Shown: positions 1 through 9,341 of the stretch, piece after piece | Numbering within the stretch: the first letter of the stretch is position 1 | Layout: every line of letters starts with the position of its first letter | Assembly: GCA_965223865.1 (NCBI GenBank) | Contig: OZ245020.1 | Location: forward strand, 1,416,000-1,447,999 | Length of the DNA stretch: 32,000 nt | DNA from: Nitrosarchaeum sp. | Lineage (GTDB): Archaea; Thermoproteota; Nitrososphaeria; Nitrososphaerales; Nitrosopumilaceae | Direction of reading: 5' to 3' | Made by a program: the position numbers and the translations under genes | Notes under the pieces: generated by a model | What the model was told of the DNA's origin: nothing | The model's database searches: none | The model's input: the letters and a program-made list of their open reading frames with translations, nothing else

Positions 1-563
1 CAGTATCTCCAAGTGCTGCAGGGCTTGAACAAAAAAAACCATACATATTTGAAGCATCAGTTAGCGGAGGAGACATTCAAAAACAATTTACTCATGTTAA
101 AGAATTATTAGGAAAAGAAATCAAAATTGATCAAATTTTTGAAACAGGCGCAAGTGTTGATGTTGCTGCAATCACAAAAGGAAAAGGATGGCAAGGAGTA
201 ATTCAAAGAATGGGTGCAAAAAGAAAGCAGCATAAATCCAGAAAGACAGTAAGAGAATTAGGTTCGCTAGGTCCAATTTCTCCTCAATATGTAATGTATA
301 CTGTTCCAAGAGCAGGACAGATGGGATTTCATCAAAGAATTGAATATGACAAAAGAATAATGATGATAGGAAACACAGAAGAAAATGAACTAAAAATCAA
401 CCCAGAGGGAGGCTACAAGCATTTTGGTTTAGTTAAAGGAGACTTTGTTATTCTAAAAGGTTCAGTTCCTGGAACATATAGAAGATTGATAAAACTAAGA
501 AGTCAAATTAGAAATGTACCAGCTAAAATTTCAAAACCAAACATTTTAGAGGTTGTAGTATAA
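1..563 (+). CDS. rpl3: 50S ribosomal protein L3, C-terminal part (5' end lies outside the window)
   Basis: The frame starting at nt 3 is open from the window edge. The translation (...KGKGWQGVIQRMGAKRKQHKSRKTVRELGSLGP...) looks like archaeal L3. The stop overlaps the rpl4 ATG (TAATG at 561-565). Confidence 0.93.
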   Translation, partial: VSPSAAGLEQKKPYIFEASVSGGDIQKQFTHVKELLGKEIKIDQIFETGASVDVAAITKGKGWQGVIQRMGAKRKQHKSRKTVRELGSLGPISPQYVMYTVPRAGQMGFHQRIEYDKRIMMIGNTEENELKINPEGGYKHFGLVKGDFVILKGSVPGTYRRLIKLRSQIRNVPAKISKPNILEVVV

Positions 564-1375
564 TGAAGACAACATCATTTTCAATTAGTGGTGCCAAAGA
601 AGGCGAAGTTGAATTGCCATTGATTTTCTCAACGCCATTTAGAAAAGAATTAATCCACAAGGCATTCACAAATTTAAATTCTCATAAGTTCCAACCACAA
701 GGAAGGCATCCAACTGCAGGTATGGATGTAGTTGCAAGATCAAATGATCCTCCAACAGGTCAACATCAGGCACGTATTGCCAAGATGAGAGGTGGAGGTG
801 GAGGAAGACAAGGCCAAGCTGGAGGTGTAGCATCGGTAAGAGGAGGAAGGCAAGCACATCCCCCAATAGTGGATAAAGTAATTTACAAAAAAATAAACAA
901 AAAAGAAAGTAAACTAGCCTTATGTTCTGCCATTGCAGCTACTGCATCAAAGAAATTAGTTCAATCAAGAGGTCACAAAGTTGATGATATAGAATCATTT
1001 CCAATTGTGGTGTCAAATGACATTGAATCAATCTCAAAAGCCACAGAGTTTTCCAAAGTTTTAGACTCATTGAAATTAATGAGTGATGTTAAACGACTAG
1101 AAACAAGAAAACCACGAACAGGAAAATCTTCACTAAGAGGCAGAAGTAAAAAAGTTGGAAAAAGCGTATTGTTTGTTACCAAGTATGCTTCAAATATCAG
1201 TAAAGCTTGTGGTGCACTACCAGGAGTCGAAGTAAGATCTGTAAAGGACCTAAGTGTATTAGATTTGGCTCCAGGTTCAGATCCAATTAGATTAACCGTT
1301 TATTCAAAGGCAGCCTTAGAAGAAATTGCAAAAATAAAATCAACACATCTTGAGGTAATGGTGAAAGTACAATGA
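563..1375 (+). CDS. rpl4: 50S ribosomal protein L4
   Basis: 270 aa with a Gly/Arg-rich loop (MRGGGGGRQGQAGGVASVRGGRQAHPP). Position between L3 and L23 fits. Confidence 0.93.
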   Translation: MKTTSFSISGAKEGEVELPLIFSTPFRKELIHKAFTNLNSHKFQPQGRHPTAGMDVVARSNDPPTGQHQARIAKMRGGGGGRQGQAGGVASVRGGRQAHPPIVDKVIYKKINKKESKLALCSAIAATASKKLVQSRGHKVDDIESFPIVVSNDIESISKATEFSKVLDSLKLMSDVKRLETRKPRTGKSSLRGRSKKVGKSVLFVTKYASNISKACGALPGVEVRSVKDLSVLDLAPGSDPIRLTVYSKAALEEIAKIKSTHLEVMVKVQ

Positions 1376-1638
1376 ATGTAGATCAAGCAACAAAAATTAT
1401 TTTGAAACCATACATTACCGAAAAAACGTTTGCGATGGTAGAAAATGAAAGTAAAATTTGTTTTATTGTGGAGAAAACAGCTAGTAAACCACAAATCGCT
1501 GAAGCTATAAACGCACTTTATAATCAAAAAGCAACTAATGTAAACACTGCAAGAACAATTTACGGAAAGAAAGCTTTCGTACAGTTTGAATCAACAGAAA
1601 AGGCGCGAGATTTAGCTACAAAGATAGGAATGCTATAA
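1372..1638 (+). CDS. rpl23: 50S ribosomal protein L23
   Basis: 88 aa with an L23-like sequence (ILKPYITEKTF...KKAFVQF). Overlaps the rpl4 stop by 4 nt. Confidence 0.9.
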   Translation: MNVDQATKIILKPYITEKTFAMVENESKICFIVEKTASKPQIAEAINALYNQKATNVNTARTIYGKKAFVQFESTEKARDLATKIGML

Positions 1639-1682
1639 TATGGACTGTAAAACTTTAACAACACTAACAGAGGAGATGCAAG

Positions 1683-2078
1683 ATGGTTAAAGAATTTTCA
1701 TACAGAGGAATCCCACAGGCAGAATTAGAAAGTATGTCACTGGAAAAATTATTCCAGTTGTTTAACTCAAGACAAAGACGTTCACTTACTAGAGGAATTA
1801 CTGATGGCAAAAGAAAACTAATTGAAGAAATCAAAGCAGCCAAAGCAGGTAAACTAAAGAATCCAATCAAAACTCATTGCAGAGATTTAATTATTCTGCC
1901 ATATATGGTAGGTGTTCCAGTAAACGTTTTCTCAGGAAAGGAGTTTGTTCCAGTCCACATCAAAACTGAAATGATTGGACATTATTTGGGAGAATATGTA
2001 ATAACTAATAGAAGAGTCTCACACGGTGCACCAGGTGTAGGAGCATCAAGATCCAGTCTCTATGTACCACTAAAGTGA
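1683..2078 (+). CDS. rps19: 30S ribosomal protein S19
   Basis: 131 aa ending ...GHYLGEYVITNRRVSHGAPGVGASRSS, typical of archaeal S19/eS15. Starts 44 nt after rpl23. Confidence 0.92.
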   Translation: MVKEFSYRGIPQAELESMSLEKLFQLFNSRQRRSLTRGITDGKRKLIEEIKAAKAGKLKNPIKTHCRDLIILPYMVGVPVNVFSGKEFVPVHIKTEMIGHYLGEYVITNRRVSHGAPGVGASRSSLYVPLK

Positions 2079-2083
2079 TCATT

Positions 2084-2542
2084 ATGGGAAGATTCGGATA
2101 CGCATTTCAAAATTATGACACAACAAAGCATGTCCGCTCTTCGTTAAGAGAAAAAGACATTTCACATAAACACGCTCGGGAAGTAGCTGTTGCAATTAAA
2201 GGACTAACAATTGAAAAAGCAAGAGATTATCTTCAGGCAATAATTAACAAAGAAAGAGCAGTTGCATTTAGAAGGTATAACAATCAAGTGGGCCATAGAT
2301 CAGATCCAGGTATGATGTCTGGACGTTATCCTCAAAAGACAGCAAATGAATTCATCAAGGTATTAGATAATTTAGAATCAAATGCAGAATACAAAGGAAT
2401 GGATTTAGATAGATTAAAAATTGTAAATGCAACTGTTCACAAAGGAGTTCTTGTAAAAAGATTCATTCCAAGAGCAATGGGAAGAGCAACTCCAAAGAAC
2501 AATGTATTAACACATGTAGAGTTGGTGGCTCAGGAGATTTAA
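2084..2542 (+). CDS. rpl22: 50S ribosomal protein L22
   Basis: The ORF track starts at GTG 2075; ATG 2084 (MGRFGYAF...) is the more likely start. L22/eL17-like sequence in the expected operon position. Confidence 0.9.
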   Translation: MGRFGYAFQNYDTTKHVRSSLREKDISHKHAREVAVAIKGLTIEKARDYLQAIINKERAVAFRRYNNQVGHRSDPGMMSGRYPQKTANEFIKVLDNLESNAEYKGMDLDRLKIVNATVHKGVLVKRFIPRAMGRATPKNNVLTHVELVAQEI

Positions 2543-2543
2543 A

Positions 2544-3299
2544 ATGTCATCAGTCAAAAATGTAATCAAAGATAACTACAACATGATGCTACTCAAAGAT
2601 TATCTTAGAGCAGCTATCAAAGAGGCAGGTTTTTCACATGCTGAAATTTCAAAAACACCAACAGGAACAAGAGTTGCATTACATGTAACAAGACCCGGAA
2701 TTGTAATTGGAAGAAAAGGTTCAGGAATTAGAGAGTTAACAGATAAACTTGCAGTAGATTTCGGATTAAAGAACCCACAAATTTCAGTTGTCGAAATTGA
2801 AAAACCAGAACTATCACCAAGTGTGATGTGTAACAGAATGGCATCACATATTGAGCGTGGAACAGCATTTAGAAGAGCAACAATGTGGACACTAAAACAA
2901 ATTATGGAAAATGGTGCAATGGGAGTACAAATTACAATTTCAGGTAAACTTCGCGGTGACCGTTCAGCTTTTGAAAAACACACTGCAGGAATATTACCAA
3001 GAGCTGGACATCATGCAGAAATAATTGTTGATGAGGACATTGCTCATGTAAAAACCCCAATGGGATTAATAGGAATTAGAATAAGAATAGCTAGAAAAGA
3101 AAAATACATTCCAGAATTTGAACTAAAGAAAGAAAAACCAAAAAAAGCACAGCAAGTAAGAGATGAAAAAACAGGAAAAATGAGAGATGAAACAGAAGCT
3201 GAAAGAAAAGCAAGAACAGAATCTGAACAAATCGCAATAGAGGAAGAGAAGATGAAAGAATTAGAAACACTAGAAGAAGAAGAGGCTAAATTGAAGTGA
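2544..3299 (+). CDS. rps3: 30S ribosomal protein S3 with a long Lys/Glu-rich C-terminal tail
   Basis: KH-domain region ([15 protein letters not shown]) and S3 C-domain. About 60 aa of charged tail ([15 protein letters not shown]...EEEEAKLK). Confidence 0.92.
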   Translation: MSSVKNVIKDNYNMMLLKDYLRAAIKEAGFSHAEISKTPTGTRVALHVTRPGIVIGRKGSGIRELTDKLAVDFGLKNPQISVVEIEKPELSPSVMCNRMASHIERGTAFRRATMWTLKQIMENGAMGVQITISGKLRGDRSAFEKHTAGILPRAGHHAEIIVDEDIAHVKTPMGLIGIRIRIARKEKYIPEFELKKEKPKKAQQVRDEKTGKMRDETEAERKARTESEQIAIEEEKMKELETLEEEEAKLK

Positions 3300-3310
3300 C
3301 TCGAATAAGC

Positions 3311-3499
3311 ATGAAAACAATTAGAGAGTTAAACGAAAAAGATCTTAAAAGTAAAATTCAAGAATCACGTAGTGAACTTGGAAAACTCAAAGTAGATGGT
3401 TCAAAAGGAACATTAAGAAAAGAAAGTGGAAAACTAAAACCATTAAGACACGATATTGCACGAATGCTTACAAGATTAAACGAGCTGAAAAAGAAATGA
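3311..3499 (+). CDS. rpl29: 50S ribosomal protein L29
   Basis: The track starts at GTG 3296; ATG 3311 (MKTIRELNEKDLKSKIQESRSEL...) fits the usual L29 N-terminus. Confidence 0.88.
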   Translation: MKTIRELNEKDLKSKIQESRSELGKLKVDGSKGTLRKESGKLKPLRHDIARMLTRLNELKKK

Positions 3500-3762
3500 T
3501 TACAACACAAAACATCCTAAATCACGAATTAATTGGATTACATGCAGAAATTGTTGAATCAACGAATTCACAAATCATAGGATTAAATGGAAGAATTATT
3601 GATGAAACAAAATCAATGATTACAATCAACACTGAAAAAGGAACTAAATCAATTGCAAAATCACAAAACAATTGGAAATTTTCAATTGACAACAAAGACA
3701 TTATTGTAAATGGTTTAAAAATTGCAAAAAGATCTTTTGATAGATTAGGAGTAAAAACATGA
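3496..3762 (+). CDS. rnp1: RNase P protein component 1 (Rpp29/Pop4 homolog)
   Basis: 88 aa. The sequence HELIGLHAEIVESTNSQIIGLNGRIIDETKSMITI matches the Sm-like Rpp29 core. It sits in the conserved archaeal position between rpl29 and rps17. Confidence 0.85.
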   Translation: MITTQNILNHELIGLHAEIVESTNSQIIGLNGRIIDETKSMITINTEKGTKSIAKSQNNWKFSIDNKDIIVNGLKIAKRSFDRLGVKT

Positions 3763-4082
3763 ACAAAAATATCGGATTAAAAGTAAAGGAACCTACAAGA
3801 GAATGTACTGATAAGCATTGTCCATTTCACGGAAATTTGTCAGTTAGAGGAAAACTATTTGATGGAAAAGTAACAAGCAGTAAAGCTAAACAAACAATCA
3901 CATTACAAAAAGAATCACCCGTTTACTTTAGTAAATTCAAGAGATATGCACGTAGTAAGAATACAATTCATGCTCACGTACCTGAATGCATAGATGTAGA
4001 GTCAGGCGATCACGTATTGACTGCTGAATGCAGACCAATCTCAAAGTCAATCTCATATGTAGTTGTGGAGGTTAGAGCTTAA
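3759..4082 (+). CDS. rps17: 30S ribosomal protein S17
   Basis: 107 aa with archaeal S17 features (CTDKHCPFHGNLSVRGK...). Confidence 0.92.
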   Translation: MNKNIGLKVKEPTRECTDKHCPFHGNLSVRGKLFDGKVTSSKAKQTITLQKESPVYFSKFKRYARSKNTIHAHVPECIDVESGDHVLTAECRPISKSISYVVVEVRA

Positions 4083-4504
4083 TGGCAAAGCAAGCTGGAA
4101 AGGGAGTAGCTGAATTTCGCCCATATGTTACAAGATCAATACCTATAGGAGCAAACATTGTTTGCGCTGATAATACTGGTGCAAAAATTTTAGAAATTGT
4201 AATGGTTCAAAAACATAAAACTAGAGTATCTAGACTTCCTGCAGCAGCAGTTGGTGACTTTTGTAATGTTGTAGTAAAGAAAGGACCGGCAGAATTAAGA
4301 AAGCAAGTTTATGGTGCAGTAATAATCAGACAAAAATATCCAGTTCGTAGATTAAACGGTGTAAGAGTGTCCTTTGAGGATAATGCAGCTGTTTTGATCA
4401 CTCCAGAAGGAGAAGTTAAAGGAACAGACATCAAAGGACCAGTGGCAGCAGAAGCTTCGGAGAAATGGCCAAGAGTAGCTAACTTGGCATCAATGGTGGT
4501 ATAA
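4082..4504 (+). CDS. rpl14: 50S ribosomal protein L14
   Basis: 140 aa. [12 protein letters not shown] is typical of L14. Confidence 0.94.
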   Translation: MAKQAGKGVAEFRPYVTRSIPIGANIVCADNTGAKILEIVMVQKHKTRVSRLPAAAVGDFCNVVVKKGPAELRKQVYGAVIIRQKYPVRRLNGVRVSFEDNAAVLITPEGEVKGTDIKGPVAAEASEKWPRVANLASMVV

Positions 4505-4505
4505 A

Positions 4506-4931
4506 ATGAAACCAACAAAAATGAGAAATAATTTAATTTACCGTGCAACATTTAATGTGAAAAGTAAGCAATTAACAAGTCCTCTATCAAATGAATTAAG
4601 AAAAAAATATTCAAGGAAAAGTGTCAGAGTTGTTGAAGGAGACAGTGTAAAAATTGTCAGAGGAGAATTCAAAGGTGTAGATGGAAAAATATCTGAAATT
4701 TCAACTGCAAAAAATAGTGTAGCTATTGAAGGAATAAAAAAAGAAAAAACTAAAGGAGATAAATTTGATGTATACATACACACATCAAATCTTTTAGTTA
4801 CTGGTTTAAACACAGATGATAAATGGCGAATCAAAAAGCTAGAGAGAAAAAGGATTCAACCACAAGAAACTCCAGAGACAACCAAAGAAACAAAAGTAGA
4901 AAAAAGTGAAAGAAAGGAAGATGAGAATTAA
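4506..4931 (+). CDS. rpl24: 50S ribosomal protein L24 (KOW) with a charged C-terminal tail
   Basis: KOW motif ([21 protein letters not shown]). Operon position fits. Confidence 0.9.
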   Translation: MKPTKMRNNLIYRATFNVKSKQLTSPLSNELRKKYSRKSVRVVEGDSVKIVRGEFKGVDGKISEISTAKNSVAIEGIKKEKTKGDKFDVYIHTSNLLVTGLNTDDKWRIKKLERKRIQPQETPETTKETKVEKSERKEDEN

Positions 4932-5647
4932 TGGTCAGTATTTCAGGTAGTAAAAAACTAAAAAGACAAATGGCCCCACAGTTTTGGGGAATCTCTAGAA
5001 AGGATAAGAGATTTGTAATTACTGTAAAACCAGGACCACATAAAAAAGCATATTCTATTCCAACAGCAGTATTTCTTAGAGATATGTTAAAAATTGTGAC
5101 TAGTCTTAGGGAGGCAAAAGCATCAATTTATTCAGGAAAGGTAAAGATTGACGGAATTGTTAGAAAATCTCTTCATCATTCAATTGGATTGATGGATGTA
5201 ATTGAGTTAGAAAATGTGCCTGAGGTATACAGACTAGTCCCAATGGAAGGAAAATTACTAAGACCACTAAAAATTAACGAATCAGAAAAAAACAAAAAAC
5301 TCGTTAGAGTTACCAGCAAATCGACTATCAGCAAAGGAAGAATGCAGATAGGATTTCATGATGGACGCTCAATAATATCAGACACCCAAGTAAGTGTCGG
5401 AGATACCTGCTTGATTCAAATTCCAGACCAAAAGATTCTCGAAGTAATCAAACTAGAAGCAGGTGTTCAGACCTTGGTAACAAGAGGAATTAATGCAGGA
5501 CAAATAGGAAAAGTAGAATCAATTGAAGAAGGAACCTTCATTCTGCCAAAGCGAGCAGTACTAGTTTTAGGAGAAAGGAAAATTGAAATTCCAGATGATA
5601 TTATCATGGCAATTGGAAAAGAGGAGCCAGCAATTCAGATAAAGTGA
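4931..5647 (+). CDS. rps4e: 30S ribosomal protein S4e
   Basis: 238 aa. N-terminus GSKKLKRQMAPQFWGISRKDKRFV is typical of S4e. Confidence 0.93.
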   Translation: MVSISGSKKLKRQMAPQFWGISRKDKRFVITVKPGPHKKAYSIPTAVFLRDMLKIVTSLREAKASIYSGKVKIDGIVRKSLHHSIGLMDVIELENVPEVYRLVPMEGKLLRPLKINESEKNKKLVRVTSKSTISKGRMQIGFHDGRSIISDTQVSVGDTCLIQIPDQKILEVIKLEAGVQTLVTRGINAGQIGKVESIEEGTFILPKRAVLVLGERKIEIPDDIIMAIGKEEPAIQIK

Positions 5648-5651
5648 TCAT

Positions 5652-6173
5652 ATGTCCCAAGTAACAGAATCCCCAATGAAGAAAATCTCATTAGAGAAAG
5701 TTGTTCTAAATATGGGAGTAGGAAGATCAGGTGATGCAATAGAAATTGCAAAAAAAGCACTAGATCAAATTTCAGGTAAAAAATCATGTGCAAGAGATGC
5801 AAAAGAAACACAAAGAGATTGGGGAGTACGAAAAGGAGAACCAATAGGAGTAGCTGTAACAGTTAGAGGAGAAGATGCCAAAGCATTACTCAAAAGATTG
5901 TTTGAAGCAAAAGGCAATCAAGTAAACGGTAGAGCTTTTGATGATTTTGGAAATTACTCTTTTGGAATTAGAGAACACATTGATATTCCAGGTGTAAAAT
6001 ATGATCCACAAATTGGAATTTTAGGTCTTGGAATTTCAGTGACATTAACTAGACCAGGGTATGGTATTAGAAAGAGAAGTAAACACAAAGCAAGTATTGG
6101 AAAAAAACACATTATCAAAAATCAAGAAGCAAAGGATTATCTAACAAAAAAATTTGGAGTGACAGTAGTATAA
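5652..6173 (+). CDS. rpl5: 50S ribosomal protein L5
   Basis: 173 aa, L5-like (FGIREHIDIPGVKYDPQIGILG). Confidence 0.93.
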   Translation: MSQVTESPMKKISLEKVVLNMGVGRSGDAIEIAKKALDQISGKKSCARDAKETQRDWGVRKGEPIGVAVTVRGEDAKALLKRLFEAKGNQVNGRAFDDFGNYSFGIREHIDIPGVKYDPQIGILGLGISVTLTRPGYGIRKRSKHKASIGKKHIIKNQEAKDYLTKKFGVTVV

Positions 6174-6352
6174 TGGCAAAAGACAGATCATACAAATTTA
6201 CAGGAAGAAAAAAGCATGACTTTGGAAGAGGTTCAAGATGGTGTAAGAGATGTGGGGACTATACTGCTGTTATTCAAAAATACGACTTGATGATTTGTAG
6301 AAGATGTTTCAGAGAAGTAGCAACATCTTTGGGATTTAGGAAGAATAGGTGA
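6173..6352 (+). CDS. rps14: 30S ribosomal protein S14 type Z (zinc-binding); absent from the ORF track because it is 59 aa
   Basis: Hand translation: MAKDRSYKFTGRKKHDFGRGSRWCKRCGDYTAVIQKYDLMICRRCFREVATSLGFRKNR. Contains a CxxC...CxxC pair. The ATG overlaps the rpl5 stop (TAATG). Position between rpl5 and rps8 is as expected. Confidence 0.9.
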   Translation: MAKDRSYKFTGRKKHDFGRGSRWCKRCGDYTAVIQKYDLMICRRCFREVATSLGFRKNR

Positions 6353-6357
6353 GAATA

Positions 6358-6750
6358 ATGCCAGCAACAAATGTTTTAGCAAATTTATTTAACACATTAT
6401 ACAATAATGAATCTAGAAGAAAAGGAGATTGTGTTATTCTTCCAACTTCAAAACTTGGAATTGAAGTTTTAAAGACTTTGCAAAAAGATGGATATATTGG
6501 AGAATTTGAGCATATAGATGATAAAAGAGGTGGAAAATTCAAAATTAAACTGCTAGCCAAAATCACAAAGTGTGGTGCAATTTCACCACGATTCAAGGTA
6601 AAAAGCGACCAGTATAATAACTGGGAACAGCAGTATTTACCAGCATACAACAGAGGAATGTTAGTAGTTACAACGAATCAAGGTGTGATGTCACATCATG
6701 AGGCAGTTAACAAAGGATTAGGAGGATTTTTGATAGGATATGTCTACTGA
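6358..6750 (+). CDS. rps8: 30S ribosomal protein S8
   Basis: The track starts at GTG 6349; ATG 6358 (MPATNVLANLFNTLYNNE...) is more likely. S8-like sequence. Confidence 0.9.
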   Translation: MPATNVLANLFNTLYNNESRRKGDCVILPTSKLGIEVLKTLQKDGYIGEFEHIDDKRGGKFKIKLLAKITKCGAISPRFKVKSDQYNNWEQQYLPAYNRGMLVVTTNQGVMSHHEAVNKGLGGFLIGYVY

Positions 6751-7297
6751 GCAATTAGAAAAATTGGAAGATGTTGTCGAGATTCCAGAAGGAGTCACAA
6801 TCACTCAAAAAAAACACATGTTGCAATTTCAAGGACCATTAGGCAAAACATACAAAAGTTTTAGAAGTATTCCTGTCAATTTGAAGATCAAAGATGACAA
6901 AGTACACCTTAAAGCACAAGGAAAAAGAAAAAGAGATTACTCTATCTTACATACTGCAAGATCAATTATTAGGAACATATGTGAAGGCCTAGTTAACGGA
7001 TACACAATTAAAATGAAAGTAGTTTTTGCACACTTTCCAATTACAGTTAAAGTTGAAGGAAAGACAGTAAAAATTGAAAACTTTCAAGGTGAAAGAGCAC
7101 CAAGAACAACTACAATAGTAGGAAACACCAAGGTAATTCCAAAAGGAGAAGATGTGATTTTAACTGGAGAGGTCTGGACAGACATTACTCAGACAGCTGC
7201 AAACATAGAATTACACACCAAAGTTAAAAATAAAGATCATAGAGTCTTCTTGGATGGAATTTATGTATACGAGAAGAAAAAAGGTATTGAAAAATAG
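6740..7297 (+). CDS. rpl6: 50S ribosomal protein L6
   Basis: 185 aa with the duplicated L6 fold pattern. It is the last gene of the operon in this window. Confidence 0.9.
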   Translation: MSTEQLEKLEDVVEIPEGVTITQKKHMLQFQGPLGKTYKSFRSIPVNLKIKDDKVHLKAQGKRKRDYSILHTARSIIRNICEGLVNGYTIKMKVVFAHFPITVKVEGKTVKIENFQGERAPRTTTIVGNTKVIPKGEDVILTGEVWTDITQTAANIELHTKVKNKDHRVFLDGIYVYEKKKGIEK

Positions 7298-7323
7298 AAC
7301 CTTTTTGATTTTGAGAAAAACTA

Positions 7324-7611
7324 ATGACTCTAGATCCTGAATTTACAAATCAAACAAAAGAACTCATTACCCAAACTCTTGAATTATACAAAAAAGCAGG
7401 CGCATCTCCAAGAGTAGGCCAGTTATGGGAATGTGAAAATGTTGGAGATTTCTTGTGCGGGTTTTTTGTAGGAGAAATGGTTGGTTCAGCACTCAGTGCT
7501 TTTCAAATAGTTCACAAACGAGAGCCAACAGCTGATGAACACATGGAAATAATCGAGTTAGTCGAGAGTTATTCAAAAGAAATCAAAGAATTTTTTGCAA
7601 AATTTAACTGA
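7324..7611 (+). CDS. hypothetical protein (95 aa)
   Basis: Clean ORF directly after rpl6. I recognise no family. Confidence 0.5.
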   Translation: MTLDPEFTNQTKELITQTLELYKKAGASPRVGQLWECENVGDFLCGFFVGEMVGSALSAFQIVHKREPTADEHMEIIELVESYSKEIKEFFAKFN

Positions 7612-7683
7612 CAGTATTTTACATTTACTTTAAAATAGATAGTCGCAAGGATTAAATCACTTTTACCTAGGTACAAATCTGTT

Positions 7684-7757
7684 GCCGCCCTAGCTCAGCG
7701 TGGTAGAGCATCCGACTGTTAATCGGACGGTCGTCAGTTCAAGTCTGATGGGCGGCG
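7684..7757 (+). tRNA. tRNA-Asn (anticodon GUU)
   Basis: Acceptor stem GCCGCCC / GGGCGGC, D-arm AGCTCAGCGTGGTAGAGC, anticodon stem-loop TCCGA-CTGTTAA-TCGGA, T-arm GTCAGTTCAAGTCTGAT. Discriminator is G and no CCA is encoded. A TATA-like TTTAAAATA lies about 40 nt upstream. Confidence 0.93.
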
Positions 7758-7763
7758 CTTCTT

Positions 7764-7789
7764 ATTTCTAAATTCGAAATTTGAAATAT
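7764..7789. repeat. TTCGAA-centred AT-rich palindrome, copy A (imperfect)
   Basis: ATTTCTAAATTCGAAATTTGAAATAT, that is ATTTC-N14-GAAAT around a central TTCGAA. Lies 7 nt after the tRNA-Asn 3' end and is followed by CTTTTTCC. Confidence 0.8.
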
Positions 7790-7830
7790 CTTTTTCCATT
7801 ACTGAAAATCAGGAGGATCATCAAATCAAA

Positions 7831-7858
7831 ATATTTCTAAACTCGAATATTGAAATAT
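7831..7858. repeat. TTCGAA-type palindrome, copy B (imperfect, centre CTCGAA)
   Basis: ATATTTCTAAACTCGAATATTGAAATAT with the same ATTTC-N14-GAAAT geometry. Confidence 0.75.
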
Positions 7859-7946
7859 TGATCGGTAACAACAATTTTGTTTAGACTATTAGACTAGATA
7901 GATCTAATAGATGATCGCATATCAGTAATAATGCAGGAGGTATACA

Positions 7947-8192
7947 TTGGTCAGAACTAGAAGGGCCAATAGGTATTGTGTTGATTGTGGTGCAAGACTT
8001 GTATATTATCCAAGATTATCAAATCCCAAAGCCCCAAATGAGCACAGAGTCTTAGTATATGCATGTCCAGATTGTACAGATGACTTTGAAAAACCAAAAA
8101 TGTTTTCAATTAGACGAAATCAAGTAGAAGATCCTTTAGAGACAGTTGAAATTGAAATTACTCAATTGCAGAAAAAATCAGTTGTAAAATGA
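7947..8192 (+). CDS. zinc-ribbon protein (81 aa)
   Basis: CVDCG...CPDC cysteine pairs. TTG start with AGGAGG 7 nt upstream. Confidence 0.6.
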   Translation: MVRTRRANRYCVDCGARLVYYPRLSNPKAPNEHRVLVYACPDCTDDFEKPKMFSIRRNQVEDPLETVEIEITQLQKKSVVK

Positions 8193-8226
8193 ATGAAATT
8201 TATTGATAAATCAGAGAAGAAAAAAC

Positions 8227-8451
8227 ATGTATCCTGAAAAACCAAGAAGTAACCTCTGGTTTCTTTTGCCGATATTTTTAGGATTAATAGGTGGAGTTAT
8301 TGCATATTTTGTTTTAAGAAACGATGATCCAAAAAAAGCGAAAAATTGTCTTTTTCTTGGTATTGTTTTGGCAATAATAGGAATACTCTTGAATCTACTA
8401 CTAGCATTTCAAATTCCAGGAATTGATCAAGGGTTTAACGTTAATGTCTAA
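8227..8451 (+). CDS. small membrane protein with two TM helices
   Basis: The track starts at TTG 8203; ATG 8227 (MYPEKPRSNLWFLLPIFLGLIGGVIAYFVLRNDDPKKAKN...) is the likely start. Two hydrophobic segments. Confidence 0.6.
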   Translation: MYPEKPRSNLWFLLPIFLGLIGGVIAYFVLRNDDPKKAKNCLFLGIVLAIIGILLNLLLAFQIPGIDQGFNVNV

Positions 8452-8496
8452 ACAAAGGTAAGAAAATTCATAGTAAACTAGGCGTTGATTTATAAT

Positions 8497-8520
8497 ATTT
8501 CAAATTTCGAAATTTGAAAT
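8497..8520. repeat. TTCGAA-centred palindrome, copy C (perfect 24 nt)
   Basis: ATTTCAAATTTCGAAATTTGAAAT equals its own reverse complement. Intergenic, about 70 nt upstream of the ORF at 8589. Confidence 0.9.
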
Positions 8521-8588
8521 GTAGAAAATTAACAATGTAAAACAACCAATAATTTAGAAACATATAACAGCAGAAAAAATAATTTTTC

Positions 8589-9038
8589 ATGAGCAATTCA
8601 AAACTCAGAGACAATATAGAAAGATGGTTGATTCACGAAAGTCTTTCATTTGAGGAAATAAAGAGTGGCGAAAACAGTTTCCATGTTTTGGTAAAGCATG
8701 CAGGCGAATTTGGAATTCCTGTAGAAATTTTTGAGCCAAAAGCACAACCAGGAGTAATAGTAATTGGAGCCAAGGTAATAATGAAGAATAATCAAATTGC
8801 AAGATATTTGGGATTTAATGATGATGAAAAAGCCAGATTTGAAAAAAAAGTGGGAGATTTTTGTTATTCCATTCAGGCAATCAACAAGATGATTGTAGAG
8901 GATGGAAAGCAAAAGGTAGGAGTTTTTGTCGTATTAGATGATAAAACAAACATCAATCAGCAGACAGTATTTGATGCAATTGATAGGGTTTCAGAAATGC
9001 ATGAAAAAACTTCACGTTTTCTTATGAAGACATTCTAA
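8589..9038 (+). CDS. hypothetical protein (149 aa)
   Basis: Clean ORF with a TATA-like CATATAAC about 27 nt upstream of the ATG. Family not recognised with confidence. Confidence 0.55.
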   Translation: MSNSKLRDNIERWLIHESLSFEEIKSGENSFHVLVKHAGEFGIPVEIFEPKAQPGVIVIGAKVIMKNNQIARYLGFNDDEKARFEKKVGDFCYSIQAINKMIVEDGKQKVGVFVVLDDKTNINQQTVFDAIDRVSEMHEKTSRFLMKTF

Positions 9039-9115
9039 AATATTGATGAATTATAACCTGTCAAGTCATCGGAGTTTTCCTCGAAAAAAGAGAGAAAAAA
9101 TTGAATTTCTAAAAA

Positions 9116-9310
9116 TTGTGCCTAGGGGTTAAACCCCCCTCGAAATTTAACTCATTTAGGCATGATATCGTTTTTTCAAAATTACCTATTTTGAGGGGGG
9201 GTTGAACACTTGTGCCTAATTATGAAATCCAACTGTCAAATCGCCAAGGTCTCCCAGCTAAACATGTATCAAGTTTTATTGTTGTGTGTAAAAGCTAAAC
9301 CCCCTTAAAT
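9116..9310. other. GC-rich structured island in a convergent intergenic region (candidate ncRNA or miniature repeat element)
   Basis: TTGTGCCTA occurs twice as a direct repeat (9116-9124, 9210-9218), with TAGGCA in inverted orientation at 9157-9162. C6 run at 9134-9139, G7 run at 9195-9201, C5 run at 9300-9304. Region 9131-9146 can pair with 9189-9203. Confidence 0.3.
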
Positions 9311-9341
9311 TATGATAAAAAAAGAAAAAAAGGACGTTTTT

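Noticed and set aside
666-6650. Antisense ORFs from the track inside ribosomal protein genes (666..866, 973..1182, 1300..1527, 1664..1870, 2600..2983, 4309..4551, 4538..4834, 5635..5844, 6336..6650).
   Set aside because: They lie fully within well-supported r-protein genes on the opposite strand. Their low-complexity, hydrophobic translations are typical of shadow ORFs in AT-rich DNA.
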